Of a stretch of 64,000 nucleotides of DNA, positions 46,550-55,946 are shown in pieces. The stretch lies in assembly GCA_964519305.1 (NCBI GenBank), contig CAZFHY010000008.1, positions 32,001-96,000 of the forward strand, read 5' to 3'. This DNA is from Candidatus Undinarchaeota archaeon (GTDB lineage: Archaea; SpSt-1190; JASMDC01). Under the pieces are notes generated by a model, which had not been told where the DNA came from, ran no database searches, and saw nothing but the letters and a program-made list of their open reading frames with translations. Positions within the stretch are counted from its first letter, which is position 1. The number at the start of each line of letters is the position of its first letter. The position numbers and the translations under genes are program-made.

Positions 46550-47544
46550 GATCGAACGGAACGGCCCGTGTTCTGGCCATTGCGACAGTGGTACTGTTAG
46601 TGATGCTGACGCCGGCATTGGCGGAACCACGACAGTGTCGACAGCTCATCGATCTGTACTCGGAGATAATCGCGCGTGGCCACAGGGACACGTTCATAAC
46701 AGACATCCCGACGGCCTCTTCGGTGTGCCATTTCGCCCGGGACCTCTCCTATCTTTGTGATTCACAGACACTGCCTTCCGGCGAGGACGGTACCTTCGGA
46801 GCCACTTTCCTCTCGTCCACATTTGACTTCATCAATCACACACGGGATACATACTGGGCGATCACTGCGTCATCCCAGACGTATGATCTGAACCCGTCGA
46901 TCGAGAGCTTCGGTATGATCACCGACAACATCGAGGCACTCGCCGAGGACCGGCAGAACCTCACAGTAGCCTCTTTCGAGCATGAGGAGGTCACAGAGGT
47001 CCTCACGAACGTGGACGATACATATGAGGACATCTGCTTCGTCGCTCTCTCCGTGTTCGATGCTATCGTGGAAGGCGAGCCTAACGTTTGCCGTCAGGCC
47101 GAAGTGCTCGGTCTGGTCTCTTCATGGGCGCGCACGTGCACATCGGCCAAGGCAGAGGAGTATGCCTCGCGTCACAAAGAGGCCGTGGAAAGTTGCACGG
47201 CCCATACGAACAATGCCAAGGAGAAGAGCGCTGAGGGTAAACGGCTCATTCAGGACTATGCGGGTTCAGTGTCCTATATCAAGATGATCCGCTACGCTCA
47301 GGGAAAGAGCGCTCTTGAGAGCGCTCGGCGTTCCTATTCGGTCATCGGCCAGCACGACTCCGCCCAAGAGATGATCTACATCTACTGGGACGCCCATGTG
47401 GAGTACAACATAGCGAAGCTCGACTTCGAGAACCTCGTTCAGGTCCTCCTTATCTCGATAATCCTCATCACGGGCGTCGTGGTATTGCTCTATATGCGCT
47501 ACATAATCATCCGTCGTCGCCAAGAGGAGTACTCTGACCTGTAG
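46546..47544 (+). CDS. Exported helical protein with C-terminal TM
   Basis: Signal peptide ending ALA; GTGA overlap with upstream gene; TM followed by YMRY. Confidence 0.75.
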   Translation: MRSNGTARVLAIATVVLLVMLTPALAEPRQCRQLIDLYSEIIARGHRDTFITDIPTASSVCHFARDLSYLCDSQTLPSGEDGTFGATFLSSTFDFINHTRDTYWAITASSQTYDLNPSIESFGMITDNIEALAEDRQNLTVASFEHEEVTEVLTNVDDTYEDICFVALSVFDAIVEGEPNVCRQAEVLGLVSSWARTCTSAKAEEYASRHKEAVESCTAHTNNAKEKSAEGKRLIQDYAGSVSYIKMIRYAQGKSALESARRSYSVIGQHDSAQEMIYIYWDAHVEYNIAKLDFENLVQVLLISIILITGVVVLLYMRYIIIRRRQEEYSDL

Positions 47545-47563
47545 GTCATGAACGCTTACTTAC

Positions 47564-48895
47564 CTAGCCTGTAGGACGTGCGGCCACCCTGACCATCGTA
47601 CCGTTCGGTGGCGCCGAGGCCTTGATCCCGAGGCGGTCCTCCACCGCGCTGGCGAGTTCTGCGCATTTCCATGCCTCTCCATGATTGCAGATCACGGTCC
47701 CGGGAGATAGTTCCCTGGCCAGGGACAGGGACTGTTCGTGGTAGGTGTGTGACGAGAAGCTCACGAAGCCGACCTCTGCCTTGATCTCCACTTGCTGTCC
47801 GTTTATCATTATACGACGTGAGCCGTCCAACAGCTCTCGGCCGGGTGTCCCTTCTGCCTGGTACCCGACGATGAGGATGAGGTTCCTGCTATCACCTGCA
47901 AGATGTCGCAGGTATCTTGGTGAACTGCCACCGGTCAGCATCCCGGCAGTAGCGACGACGATCGTCGGGAACTCGCCGGATGCGACCTTATCGATCCTGC
48001 GGTTCTTGGGGATATGGATGGGTGTCAGCGGTCCTTCATGAGCGTCCAATCGTATAGGCCTCTTCGCCCCATTGTCGTACACCTTGGTCGCCGCAAAGAG
48101 CATACCACCGCACGGTACGACCCTGACATTCCCGCGGTTCTGGAGCTCTTCTTGGTGTTCATGCAGGGTGAGCAGGACCTCCTGCGACCGTCCTACCGCG
48201 AAGGCCGGCACAAGGATAGTGCCGCGTCGCTCGAGAGCTGTCCTGATCAGATCCATGAACGCTCGGTCACGCTCTTCGATCGTCGGAAGGGCATCGCTGA
48301 GCCCGCCGTACGTTGACTCTAGAATAAGGCAATCCACAGGTCCTTGAGGTAGTACCGCTGACGGGATGGTATGGAGCTCACGCTGACAGATGTCACCCGT
48401 GTAGAAGATGGACCGGCCACCGCCCCGTACAAGGAGACCTGCCGCACCGGGGATATGCCCGGCACGGTGAGCGGAGAACGTTGTGCCTCCTGGAAGGCGG
48501 ACCTCTTCTTCCAGGCGTACGTGCTGTATGAGGTCCAGCGCAGGCCCCGGGTCCGGTGAGTGTCGTCCCAGGATCGCCCGGACCTTGGCCGAGTCCTCGA
48601 GCAACAGTCGTGTCAGCCGTGCCGTCTGAGCGGTCATGTAGATGGGATTGCGATACCCTGATGCCACGAGGTCGGGCAGATAGCCGACATGGTCGAGGTG
48701 TGCATGCGAGACTAGCACAGCGTCCAGCTGTCCCGTGAGCTCATCGAGCGCGATAGGGTGCTCCTCACCGTCCGGAACGAGCTTGAGCCCGCAGTCAAGG
48801 AGCAGACGAGCACCGGGTACACTGACGCTGATGGCGCTGCGACCCACCTCGAGGCCTGAGCCATGGAACCTCAGCGACATGCCGGCAGCCGTCAT
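47564..48895 (-). CDS. Beta-CASP metallo-beta-lactamase ribonuclease
   Basis: EVGRS, SHAHLDH, AGHIPG, ESTYG, FAVGRSQE, GYQAEGTPG, FSSH and NHGE motifs. Confidence 0.92.
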   Translation of the reverse strand: MTAAGMSLRFHGSGLEVGRSAISVSVPGARLLLDCGLKLVPDGEEHPIALDELTGQLDAVLVSHAHLDHVGYLPDLVASGYRNPIYMTAQTARLTRLLLEDSAKVRAILGRHSPDPGPALDLIQHVRLEEEVRLPGGTTFSAHRAGHIPGAAGLLVRGGGRSIFYTGDICQRELHTIPSAVLPQGPVDCLILESTYGGLSDALPTIEERDRAFMDLIRTALERRGTILVPAFAVGRSQEVLLTLHEHQEELQNRGNVRVVPCGGMLFAATKVYDNGAKRPIRLDAHEGPLTPIHIPKNRRIDKVASGEFPTIVVATAGMLTGGSSPRYLRHLAGDSRNLILIVGYQAEGTPGRELLDGSRRIMINGQQVEIKAEVGFVSFSSHTYHEQSLSLARELSPGTVICNHGEAWKCAELASAVEDRLGIKASAPPNGTMVRVAARPTG

Positions 48896-49240
48896 GGTGG
48901 GCCACTAATGACCGTCTATTTATAAGCCGATTGGGGAGGCAGGCTGATCATCATTGTTCTTGGGGCACTGCGGCCATGCTCGTAGATAGTGGCTGCGATA
49001 TCCGTAGCAGAAATATCCCCAATTCTTCTTATCGGATATCGAAATGGAATAATGGATACTGATTGAGCGTTAGCAATTTATACTCCGAATGTACTATTCT
49101 CTTGTATAGTGTGGTTGGGGGGAAGGAAGTGAATTCTACGACCACCCACCACGGGCCGTCTTGGTCCGTGACCTGCCACTAGGGGAAGGTCGGCTTGCTG
49201 GGCGGCCTTCCCCAAATAATTACATGGGCAGAAGTCACTT

Positions 49241-50506
49241 CTAGATAAGGGGCTTGTCCGTCTTCATGCATTCAACGAAGCGGTCGATTGCCTTCGTGAT
49301 ACCCCGTTTCTGCGCGGTCTCCATGAACACCTGCGCTGGCGTTATCACCTGTTTGATACGTCGCTCGAAGGGCTTCAGGAAGACCTCCTCACCGAATCCG
49401 CGCTCTTCCAGGTTCACGGCGGCTATCTCGAGCAGGTCACCCCATACTTCATGTATGGATCGGGCCCCTGAAGGAGTGAAGAACTTGCCGTCAAGTCCGC
49501 TCTTCGCGGCCGAGGTCAAGCTCTTCTCGAGCATCTCAGGCGTGGACTTCATCAGATCATCGATGACCGGATTGTCGCGACCTTCCTCGATGAGACCGAA
49601 CTGGGCCGCCTGGGGTGCCATGTCCTCAATGATGGACGGTTGACTGTCGATCTCCCGTGGCTCTACGATGACCGATGTAGGTACGTTGAGCCGAACCCAT
49701 CGATAGTCCAAAGAGAGCTTTGTCCGAGCGTCCTTTGCGTCGAATGTGAGCGGCAGACCGTCCAGGGTGGCCAGATAGTCGTCGAAGTCCTCAGGGATGT
49801 ATGTAGGTATCCCGATATGTTGATGGCCGTGGGAGAAGTTACGGCGGTAGAGCGTGATTCGACCGTCGAGCACGAGCTCGGGGTAGTTGAGGGTGGGTGA
49901 GTTGCAGCTTATGGCCACCATGAGAGGGACAAGGTTCCGTCTCAGGTGGTAAAGATGGGCCAGTTCCTCTTTCAGGAGGGAGAACTCCGCCTGGTAAGAC
50001 ACGACAAGTCCCATGGATAGGAACTCGCGGAGGGCCTTGTCACCCAGTTGCTTATAGTAGTCGATGAACGAGTAGTAGCGGGACGAAGGGAAGACGTACT
50101 TGCGCGCGTATTCGGCATCGTCGACAGCGGTATCGAGCGCGGGATCGGCCTTGATCTGGTTGAGGGCGAGGCCCACAAGTTCGGCGTTTGGACTCACCTT
50201 CTTGACCTTGAGCACGGCCTCCCAGTACATGGTCTTGAGGCGTGCATAGTGTTCGTGGAGCGAGATACAGGGGTCCGGATTGAACTCGATCATGTCCCTG
50301 TGGAACTCGCGGGCGAGAGTACCCACGTTCTCGATGTCGATCAAGGGACCTTCGGTGAATACCTTGTCCGTCACAGGGGCCGGTACGTACACACCGTCCT
50401 TCTTCTCGATGATGAACGATTCAAGTTCGCCACCGACTCGACGGATGTTATCGTAAGTGTGCACCTCGGGGGAATGCTTCTCTGAGTCGTACTTCTTAGT
50501 GCTCAT
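49241..50506 (-). CDS. Glutamate-cysteine ligase (GCS2)/carboxylate-amine ligase family protein
   Basis: VGGELE, EF..DMIE.N, A.S.NSP, YRWVR and VEPREIDSQP motifs. Confidence 0.7.
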   Translation of the reverse strand: MSTKKYDSEKHSPEVHTYDNIRRVGGELESFIIEKKDGVYVPAPVTDKVFTEGPLIDIENVGTLAREFHRDMIEFNPDPCISLHEHYARLKTMYWEAVLKVKKVSPNAELVGLALNQIKADPALDTAVDDAEYARKYVFPSSRYYSFIDYYKQLGDKALREFLSMGLVVSYQAEFSLLKEELAHLYHLRRNLVPLMVAISCNSPTLNYPELVLDGRITLYRRNFSHGHQHIGIPTYIPEDFDDYLATLDGLPLTFDAKDARTKLSLDYRWVRLNVPTSVIVEPREIDSQPSIIEDMAPQAAQFGLIEEGRDNPVIDDLMKSTPEMLEKSLTSAAKSGLDGKFFTPSGARSIHEVWGDLLEIAAVNLEERGFGEEVFLKPFERRIKQVITPAQVFMETAQKRGITKAIDRFVECMKTDKPLI

Positions 50507-50682
50507 TTAGTGGCCCCCTTGACCTTTTTACCAAAACACTCCTGGGAACAGAAGTACGACCGTTTTAACTCGAAGTTCTTGCCGTTCGGATGAAAGTACT
50601 CCAGACGAACAGAAGAATGCTGTTCCTTCTTCTTCGAAAGGTCGATGGACTTGCCACACGTTAAGCACTTTTTTGTGGGCAT
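50503..50682 (-). CDS. Small TRASH/YHS-like metal-binding protein
   Basis: CLTCGKSI ... YFCSQEC; ATGA overlap with the downstream ligase gene. Confidence 0.65.
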   Translation of the reverse strand: MPTKKCLTCGKSIDLSKKKEQHSSVRLEYFHPNGKNFELKRSYFCSQECFGKKVKGATK

Positions 50683-50772
50683 CTGAACAGGGCCATCCCC
50701 CAAAAACATATAAAAGCATGGTGAAGGCGTTCGGGGCTCCGTTTTAGAAAAAGATGAGCAGGAAGGACCGGT

Positions 50773-51417
50773 TCAGAAATCGTCAAGTGATCGCTGGTTG
50801 CGTGTGGAAAGAAGGTCCTTGACGGTCGCCCACGTGTGCCTGACGACGGGGGGGAAACTGCCGTGTTCGCTGTACCATTCACGTAGCCAACGTTTGGTCG
50901 TCGGATCGGACGGATACCCTGAACCAATGTCGCCGAATTCCTTACGCAGACGTTCGACCGCAGAATCTCGCTCGACCTTTGCCAGGATCGATGCCGCAGA
51001 TACCACCGGGAACTTCACGTCCGCTTTGTTCTCAGCGATGATATTGACCTTGTGCTTGAGACGGGACATGAGCTTGTCCCGGAACGCAGCACAGTCGCTC
51101 TGGATAGCATCGATGTACACAGTGTCCGGGGCCAGTTCATCGATGAGAAGCGCCATATGGTTGATCTCAAGGTCATTGAGGGAACAGTCCCTGTGGTCGA
51201 TGTCCTTGGCAGGGATGACCGATAGACGATGGTCGGTCGCAGCTTCCCGGAGGGCTCCTGCCAATTTCTCACGTCGTGCGGGTGTCAGTTGTTTGGAATC
51301 TTTTGCTCCCAGTGATCTAAGGTCGACGGTCTCATCGTACACATAACCGCATATGACGAGCGGACCGATAACGGGTCCACGTCCTGCCTCGTCGACACCC
51401 ATTATCCGGGGGCTCAA
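50773..51417 (-). CDS. rnhB: Ribonuclease HII
   Basis: GVDEAGRGPVIGP, DSK.L, SAASILAKV and GSGYPSDP motifs; C-terminal PIP-box-like QRSLDDF. Confidence 0.97.
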   Translation of the reverse strand: MSPRIMGVDEAGRGPVIGPLVICGYVYDETVDLRSLGAKDSKQLTPARREKLAGALREAATDHRLSVIPAKDIDHRDCSLNDLEINHMALLIDELAPDTVYIDAIQSDCAAFRDKLMSRLKHKVNIIAENKADVKFPVVSAASILAKVERDSAVERLRKEFGDIGSGYPSDPTTKRWLREWYSEHGSFPPVVRHTWATVKDLLSTRNQRSLDDF

Positions 51418-52280
51418 CGGTTATCCTCCAGGAACTTGTTAAGGTCCTCAAGGATGGGCATCCCGCCCCGGGCTCCAAGGCCACGCGTGTTCATCGCGGC
51501 GGTCGCACATCCCAGTCGTAGACGCTCAGCGGTAGGGAGTTCCTGTATGAGGCCGTATATGAAACCACCACAGAATGCGTCACCCGCCCCTGTTGTATCA
51601 ACAGGGTCCACCTTGAACGCGGGGACCTGCACCTCCTCTCCGTCGATGATGGCGAGTGCGCCCTCGGCCCCTTTGGTGATGACCACATCGCCGGTGAAAC
51701 CCGGGGAGACCTTCTGCACGAGATCCCATTCGTACTCGTTAAGGATCAGGAGGTCGGATAACTCGAGGAGAGGCTCTATCCCTTCTTTGATCATGTATCC
51801 TGATGGTGCGAAGATGGAATAGCGTGCACGCTGGAACGCGTCCTTTGCAAAAGCGATACCGCGCTCGTCGATCCCGGCAACGAACACGACATGGACATCC
51901 GCTGCGACTGGTGGTACGTCCCTGGGATCTAGGAGTGCGTTCGTCCCCTTGAAATCGTAGATGACACGCATGCCTTCTGGCTCGAGACCGATGAACGTGT
52001 AACCGCTCTTTCCTTTCATACGGACGACATGGTCAGTGATCACACCCTCGGCCTCGAGCCGGGAGATGATGAGGTCACCGTTATGATCGTTCCCCACGCG
52101 TGCTACCATTGCCGTGCGGACACCAAGCCGCGCCAGGCAAGTGGCCGTGTTCGCGGCGCTCCCACCGTAGTACTGGGAGATGTCCTGGATCTTCACCTTC
52201 TCATCAGTGCGAGGATTCCGTGTGACCGAGGCCACCATATCGATATTCGCGGACCCGAGGCAAAGGCACTGGATCTCCAT
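51414..52280 (-). CDS. PfkB/ribokinase family carbohydrate kinase
   Basis: GGSAAN.A and DTTGAGDAF motifs. Confidence 0.92.
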   Translation of the reverse strand: MEIQCLCLGSANIDMVASVTRNPRTDEKVKIQDISQYYGGSAANTATCLARLGVRTAMVARVGNDHNGDLIISRLEAEGVITDHVVRMKGKSGYTFIGLEPEGMRVIYDFKGTNALLDPRDVPPVAADVHVVFVAGIDERGIAFAKDAFQRARYSIFAPSGYMIKEGIEPLLELSDLLILNEYEWDLVQKVSPGFTGDVVITKGAEGALAIIDGEEVQVPAFKVDPVDTTGAGDAFCGGFIYGLIQELPTAERLRLGCATAAMNTRGLGARGGMPILEDLNKFLEDNR

Positions 52281-52317
52281 GTGCTCCCATCCAACCTAAG
52301 AAAACTATATAAGGAGC

Positions 52318-53988
52318 GTGCCCAGCCCCCACTTAACAGTGACAGTTGGGGAGTATATAGATAGGATCGCTATTGCAGGTCAGAACGCCTATGACCTTGC
52401 CGAGCGAACGGCTTGGCATATGGGCGACAGTACACATGACCAGTTCGCAAAATGTCACGATTACGTATCCGACGGCATCACTAACGCCTCGAACGCCAAC
52501 GGGAACACCGTGGACGAGCTGAAGAGCGCTTTCAAATCGGAGTTCTATGGTGTAAAGGCCGAGCCGGCCAAGTACGTGGAGTCGGCGTTCAAGAACGGAG
52601 CCCTGTGGTTCATGCTGGGTGGCGGTCCACTATCACCGGCACCATGGGCTTTGGCAACATGTACAGTCACTGCTGGTCTCTCTTACCCCTTCGTTATGGG
52701 GAGTATCCAGCGCCTGTTCAATATCCATTATGGTGAGTATCGGGACGTCCATGCTCTCATAGCAAAGCAAGTGGTCAAGGAGTTCGATAACAAGTACCAA
52801 GCGGACTACACCACGGATGCGACGACCACCGCGCGTGCAGAGGCCGAGGTCCACCGTCAGGAGCTCACCGACCAGTTCCGTCACGAGCTCCGCCGGGCCA
52901 AAGGGATCCCTGAGGAGCAGTTGGACAGCTACGCGGACGACATGGCAGGATACGTCATCGACACCGCCGTGCAGACCGTAAGTGACCAGGTATCCAGTGC
53001 AACGTCAAGGTTCATCGGCCAGGAGACCTCACAGTTCATATCAAAGGCCTGGGCCGGCAATCACGAGATATTCGATTCCAACCTCCTAGAGACCGCCGTC
53101 CCGTACACGGAGATCGCCGAGAAGGCGCTCAATTATGCATCGCTTGACTCGGACAACATTGTCGACAAGGATATCTTCATGCATGCGAAGGGTGTCGAGG
53201 CCGAGCGTGGAAAGGACATCCTCGGCAGCTCCCGTATCAAGTATGTCGCAGCAAAGGCCGGAAGGAACCTTGCCAATGATATCCTCGGATCGGAGGCCAT
53301 GAACGGATTGGTCCATGGCCTGTTGCAGAACCCGGAGTTCCGCAAGGACATGCACTCGACGATCTCTTCAACTCTCGATGAATACTCTCTCCTCATCAGC
53401 GTGCTCAGGGCCAATCCCGCCAAGGGTGACGACCGGGAGCGGCTCAAGGAGTACATCCATACCTCGGAACGTGAGCATTGCGAGGACCTTGTTACTGCGG
53501 CGGACGCGTTCGCTGACACTGTCATCAGGAACGAGTACGCGAGCATCAACGAGAAGGCGGCCAACAAGTACAGCAACCTCTTGGAGATGAAGCTCGGTAC
53601 TTCCGGACAGTTCGATCTCTCACGCCGTATCAATGGCGCCCTGGGGGACTACAGCAAGGTTGTCGAGGAGATAACTGCTGACAGTACCATCAAGGAAGGT
53701 GACTGGGCCAAGTTCGACTTCTGTCTCACTTCCGAGAAGAGCACCGATGCGGACTACCATAAGCTGACCTCTGATATCGCGGGATATGCAATAGCTGCGC
53801 TCGCGGACCAGAGCGACTCCAATTCGATCGAGCGTGGTCGCAAGGCCGAGCAGCTCCTGCGGGACACCCTGGAGTTCGTTTACCTCACCTCCATGCTAAA
53901 GGAGGAGGGCACGGTCACCGATACCGAGAAGGTGTCAGCGTGGCAGGCCAAGTTCGAGGATATCACCAAGAACTCCCTTATCGTGTAG
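52318..53988 (+). CDS. Hypothetical, largely helical protein with one hydrophobic segment (start uncertain: 52318, 52339 or 52420)
   Basis: Long ORF with typical codon bias; no recognised motif. Confidence 0.65.
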   Translation: MPSPHLTVTVGEYIDRIAIAGQNAYDLAERTAWHMGDSTHDQFAKCHDYVSDGITNASNANGNTVDELKSAFKSEFYGVKAEPAKYVESAFKNGALWFMLGGGPLSPAPWALATCTVTAGLSYPFVMGSIQRLFNIHYGEYRDVHALIAKQVVKEFDNKYQADYTTDATTTARAEAEVHRQELTDQFRHELRRAKGIPEEQLDSYADDMAGYVIDTAVQTVSDQVSSATSRFIGQETSQFISKAWAGNHEIFDSNLLETAVPYTEIAEKALNYASLDSDNIVDKDIFMHAKGVEAERGKDILGSSRIKYVAAKAGRNLANDILGSEAMNGLVHGLLQNPEFRKDMHSTISSTLDEYSLLISVLRANPAKGDDRERLKEYIHTSEREHCEDLVTAADAFADTVIRNEYASINEKAANKYSNLLEMKLGTSGQFDLSRRINGALGDYSKVVEEITADSTIKEGDWAKFDFCLTSEKSTDADYHKLTSDIAGYAIAALADQSDSNSIERGRKAEQLLRDTLEFVYLTSMLKEEGTVTDTEKVSAWQAKFEDITKNSLIV

Positions 53989-54049
53989 AAGGGACGCCGT
54001 CAACGATACCTATTTAAACACTATCGGCCCTCTTCAGCTAATCCCACGT

Positions 54050-54124
54050 AGCGGGGTAGGGTAGCCTGGAGTGCCCGTCGGGCTCATAACCCGAAGATCG
54101 ATGGTTCAAATCCATCCCCCGCTA
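54050..54124 (+). tRNA. Initiator tRNA-Met(CAT), intronless
   Basis: A1-U72 acceptor AGCGGGG/CCCCGCT; anticodon arm TCGGG-CTCATAA-CCCGA with three G-C pairs; TATTTAAA upstream. Confidence 0.95.
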
Positions 54125-54158
54125 CCTAACCTACTTGATCAGTTGGAGGAATGATCGT

Positions 54159-55883
54159 CTAGACGTCGTACGCGTCCTCGGGACCTTCCTTCACGGGCGT
54201 GCCTTCAAGGTGTTCGATGTACGCTTTCGTACCGAAGGCATAGGTGTGATCGTCGACCTTGACCATGTCGTAGGCATCGGTGCTGAAGCGACCGATCCGG
54301 AGGTCACCCTCCCCGATGTCCCAGCTCTCCTTCTCCTTGAAGAATGCCATTTTCTGTACGAACCCGGGCATCTTGTTGATGAATGAGCGATCCTCTGTGT
54401 AATCAGGGAAAACCCCGTCTCCGCCATACTTGAGCTTGACGCCCCATTCCATGTCGCCCATGTCCATCGGGATGTTCAGCTTCCCGTCCTTCCCGTGGTA
54501 GACCTTAGGGTTCTCGAGATTGTAGGATACGGTCTCTTCACCCTCAAGACGCTCGAACCTCATTTCCCAACCTGAGTCAAGGACGTACCCGTCCTGGAGG
54601 ACTAGGTGCTCGTCGGCATCCACTTCCATCATCACGTCGGGTTTCGAACGGTAAGCGTACCAGACCATGTTGCCCCCGGCCCACATAGGGATGCCGATCG
54701 ATGCTAGCGTGAAGGCGAGAGGGGAGACCGCACCGCCGGCCGCGAAGAGGGCACCCGTGGCGATGGCTGAACCGAGGAATGGGACGATGCGTGCGTACTT
54801 GGTGACCATGTCCTCGGTCCCTTTGAGCTGGTAGAAGTGCTTGTCATGGCCCTTGGCCTTCATCTTCTCGGAGTTCTTGATCAGCTCCTCACGTACAGCG
54901 AAGCCGATCTTATCGTTCAAAGAGTCCTCGAGCGCATCGGTCGCCTGCTGGGCGAGGAACAATCCTGCGAGCGGGACCGCGGGGTTGGCCATTTCCGCAA
55001 GGAACTGTGGTTGCATGAGATAGGTGGCGACACCGCTGGCAGCGCAGAAGAGGCTCTTTACCAGGTAGGGTGACTTGAGCGATTCGCGAGGGTTCTCAGA
55101 ATTGACAGCATCGTCTACGTATTTACCCACTAGACCGTCAGCGACGGCCTCCATCTGGTCCCGCCCGAGCTGTTGGGTCGCTGCCAGGAAACCCACTACG
55201 CCGTAGACGGCACCCATGCTCATTGCGACACCGACGAGCGAACCTTGCACGAGCCCCTGGCCCATGCGACGCATGACCTTACCGGCCTGGAGCGCGGCAT
55301 ACTCCGGCTCTTCACCGATCACTTCCAGGTACTCCTTGAACTGTGACAGCTTGCTCGTCTCTGCAGGCTCGAAACCGAACGCCTCGGCATCAGCGGACAC
55401 ACCGAAGAAGTCGTACATGTCCGCAAGGAATCCAGAGTCCTCGCCGACCAGCACTTCCCCGAGACGGTGGGCCTCCTTCCGCTCGTACTGGAACGCGCCT
55501 AGCTCCTGCTCGAGGTCGATATCCGAGTAGATGAGCAGACTTCGTCCGTCCATGTCGACCGCTGCGAGCGGTGTGACCGTCCTCTCCTCGTGAGAAGCGA
55601 TTAGCCGGTCACCGTCCTCCTCGACGACGGTACCTTCAGTACTGGCTGCGCTCACTGGTCTGAACAGGTTCACCGATGTGTCCTCGGTATCGAGGGATAG
55701 ACCGTAGCCCTGGACCTCGAGGGTCGTCGAATCGTAGGCGACCGTGAAGCGTGCTGAACTCTCTTTACCAGGTCTGTATTGGGAGAGCATCTCTGTGAAA
55801 GCAGGATCGAGGTCAAGACGTTCCTCCCAGAAGTCCAGCTTCTCGGGATTTATCTCAACGAAACGGTATCCTGCCTGCGACAT
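54159..55883 (-). CDS. Hypothetical acidic membrane-associated protein
   Basis: 574-aa ORF with Gly/Ala-rich hydrophobic segments; TATATAAA about 28 nt upstream. Confidence 0.65.
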   Translation of the reverse strand: MSQAGYRFVEINPEKLDFWEERLDLDPAFTEMLSQYRPGKESSARFTVAYDSTTLEVQGYGLSLDTEDTSVNLFRPVSAASTEGTVVEEDGDRLIASHEERTVTPLAAVDMDGRSLLIYSDIDLEQELGAFQYERKEAHRLGEVLVGEDSGFLADMYDFFGVSADAEAFGFEPAETSKLSQFKEYLEVIGEEPEYAALQAGKVMRRMGQGLVQGSLVGVAMSMGAVYGVVGFLAATQQLGRDQMEAVADGLVGKYVDDAVNSENPRESLKSPYLVKSLFCAASGVATYLMQPQFLAEMANPAVPLAGLFLAQQATDALEDSLNDKIGFAVREELIKNSEKMKAKGHDKHFYQLKGTEDMVTKYARIVPFLGSAIATGALFAAGGAVSPLAFTLASIGIPMWAGGNMVWYAYRSKPDVMMEVDADEHLVLQDGYVLDSGWEMRFERLEGEETVSYNLENPKVYHGKDGKLNIPMDMGDMEWGVKLKYGGDGVFPDYTEDRSFINKMPGFVQKMAFFKEKESWDIGEGDLRIGRFSTDAYDMVKVDDHTYAFGTKAYIEHLEGTPVKEGPEDAYDV

Positions 55884-55946
55884 GCCGGCGATCGCTCGGT
55901 CCCCGATTTATATACCTAGACTTGAGCCTTCGTACATCCCGCGTTA

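Noticed and set aside
54050-54124. tRNA as integration site of a mobile element
   Set aside because: No integrase, transposase or duplicated tRNA 3' end found in the window
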